Shown: positions 63,120-64,000 of the stretch, piece after piece
Layout: every line of letters starts with the position of its first letter
Position numbering within the stretch: the first letter of the stretch is position 1
Source of the DNA: Ulvibacter algarum
Lineage (GTDB): Bacteria; Bacteroidota; Bacteroidia; Flavobacteriales; Flavobacteriaceae
DNA length: 64,000 bases
Reading direction: 5' to 3'
NCBI GenBank assembly: GCA_947488905.1
Contig: CANLBJ010000005.1
Coordinates: forward strand, 112,397 to 176,396
The notes under the pieces: generated by a model
Databases searched by the model: none
Seen by the model: only the letters and a program-made list of their open reading frames with translations
What the model was told of the DNA's origin: nothing
Position numbers and translations under genes: made by a program

Positions 63120-64000
63120 ATGGCGGCTAAAAAAGTAGAAATAACAACAGAGAATGTGTACACAAATAGAGAGTTAAGCTGGCTACAGTTTAATGCTCGT
63201 GTATTACAAGAGGCAGAAGATAAAACAACACCACTTATAGAGCGGTTACGTTTTTTAGGTATTTTTTCTAATAATCTTGACGAGTTTTTTAAAGTGCGTT
63301 ATGCAACCATAAAACGTATTGCAGAGGCGGGTAAAGGTGGTCGTAGTTATTTGGGCGGCTATAGTGCAAAAGAGCTTTTAGGTAAAATTACAGAAACGGT
63401 AATTGAACAACAAAAGACAAGTTTAAGAATTCTTAGTTCCATAAAAACCGAATTACAAAAACAGAATATTTTTATCATTAATGAGAAGGAGGTAACCAAG
63501 TCTCAAGGTACTTTTATTACAGAGTATTTTATGAATAAAGTAAGCCCAGCATTAATGACCATAATGATTGGTGAGCTTGAAAAGTTTCCATCTTTAAAAG
63601 ATAGTGCAGCTTACTTGGCTATTAAAATGGTGATGTCTAATGATGATGACACTTTTGAGGCTAAAAATAATTATGCACTTATAGAAATTCCGCGTTCTAT
63701 AGATCGATTTGTAGTATTGCCTAATGATGGTGATAAACAGTATATCATTATTCTTGATGACTTAATACGCTATAGTTTACATAACATATTTAATATTTTT
63801 AAATATGACAAGATTACTGCACACATGATTAAGATCACTCGTGATGCAGAGCTTGATATTGATAGTGATTTAAGTAGGAGTTTTATAGATAAAATATCTA
63901 AAAGTGTAAAAAACAGAAGCGCAGGTGATCCGGTTCGTTTTGTATATGATAAGAGTATTGATAAAGAGACTTTAGATTACCTAATGGAAAAAATGGGGGT
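63120..64000 (+). CDS. ppk1: polyphosphate kinase 1, N-terminal part (runs off the right edge)
   Basis: Absent from the track because no stop lies in the window. The ATG at 63120 opens MAAKKVEITTENVYTNRELSWLQFNARVLQEAEDKTTPLIERLRFLGIFSNNLDEFFKVRYA, the typical PPK1 N-terminus. Confidence 0.85.
   Translation, partial: MAAKKVEITTENVYTNRELSWLQFNARVLQEAEDKTTPLIERLRFLGIFSNNLDEFFKVRYATIKRIAEAGKGGRSYLGGYSAKELLGKITETVIEQQKTSLRILSSIKTELQKQNIFIINEKEVTKSQGTFITEYFMNKVSPALMTIMIGELEKFPSLKDSAAYLAIKMVMSNDDDTFEAKNNYALIEIPRSIDRFVVLPNDGDKQYIIILDDLIRYSLHNIFNIFKYDKITAHMIKITRDAELDIDSDLSRSFIDKISKSVKNRSAGDPVRFVYDKSIDKETLDYLMEKMG

Noticed and set aside
1-64000. tRNA, rRNA, tmRNA, RNase P, transposase, integrase or prophage genes
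   Set aside because: I looked through the intergenic regions for T-loop (GGTTCGAATCC-like) and RNase P (GAGGAAAGTCC) signatures, and through the ORF translations for DDE or tyrosine-recombinase motifs. I found none. A proper tRNAscan/Infernal run is still advisable.

Overview
This is a chromosomal segment from a low-GC Bacteroidota genome, most likely a Flavobacteriaceae member. Supporting signs are a T9SS C-terminal sorting domain, an ECF-sigma/DUF4252 operon, BatA, YfhO and DUF4834 genes, many exact TAnnTTTG -7 promoter boxes, and no Shine-Dalgarno signals. I support about 58 protein-coding genes. Housekeeping genes include uvrA, nth, bcp, rpsA, pyrR-pyrB, rnz, pdxH, a thioesterase-menF-menD cluster, a dihydroorotase-like gene and the start of ppk1. 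Envelope and secreted functions include YfhO+GT4, GT39+GT2, two S41 peptidases, an outer-membrane barrel, a DUF5916 protein, a T9SS cargo protein, an LRR protein and tandem lipoprotein paralogs. There are also three ECF sigma modules, a SulP transporter and an APC transporter. I recognised no rRNA, tRNA, CRISPR array, transposase, integrase or phage gene. Five things seem most worth a second look. (1) Three tandem paralogous 28-codon ORFs plus a 43-codon CxxC ORF (26993-27536) lie beside a divergent ECF sigma/membrane-protein pair. They are all below the ORF-track cutoff, and their divergence is biased toward synonymous changes. (2) The AT-rich left edge (1-3200) holds a cassette-like array of unrelated secreted/lipoprotein genes separated by a modular repeated spacer and bracketed by cassette-specific inverted repeats. 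(3) Three near-identical sigma-54-like -24/-12 elements sit in front of secreted-protein genes, two of which are paralogs with very basic low-complexity tails. (4) A directional ACTTCGGAAAT-type motif is strongly enriched in intergenic DNA. (5) Smaller points include tandem mosaic lipoprotein paralogs, a dihydroorotase-like protein without the HxH motif, and a relic copy of that gene's 5-prime end. All calls come from reading the sequence and from remembered family signatures. No database search was run.
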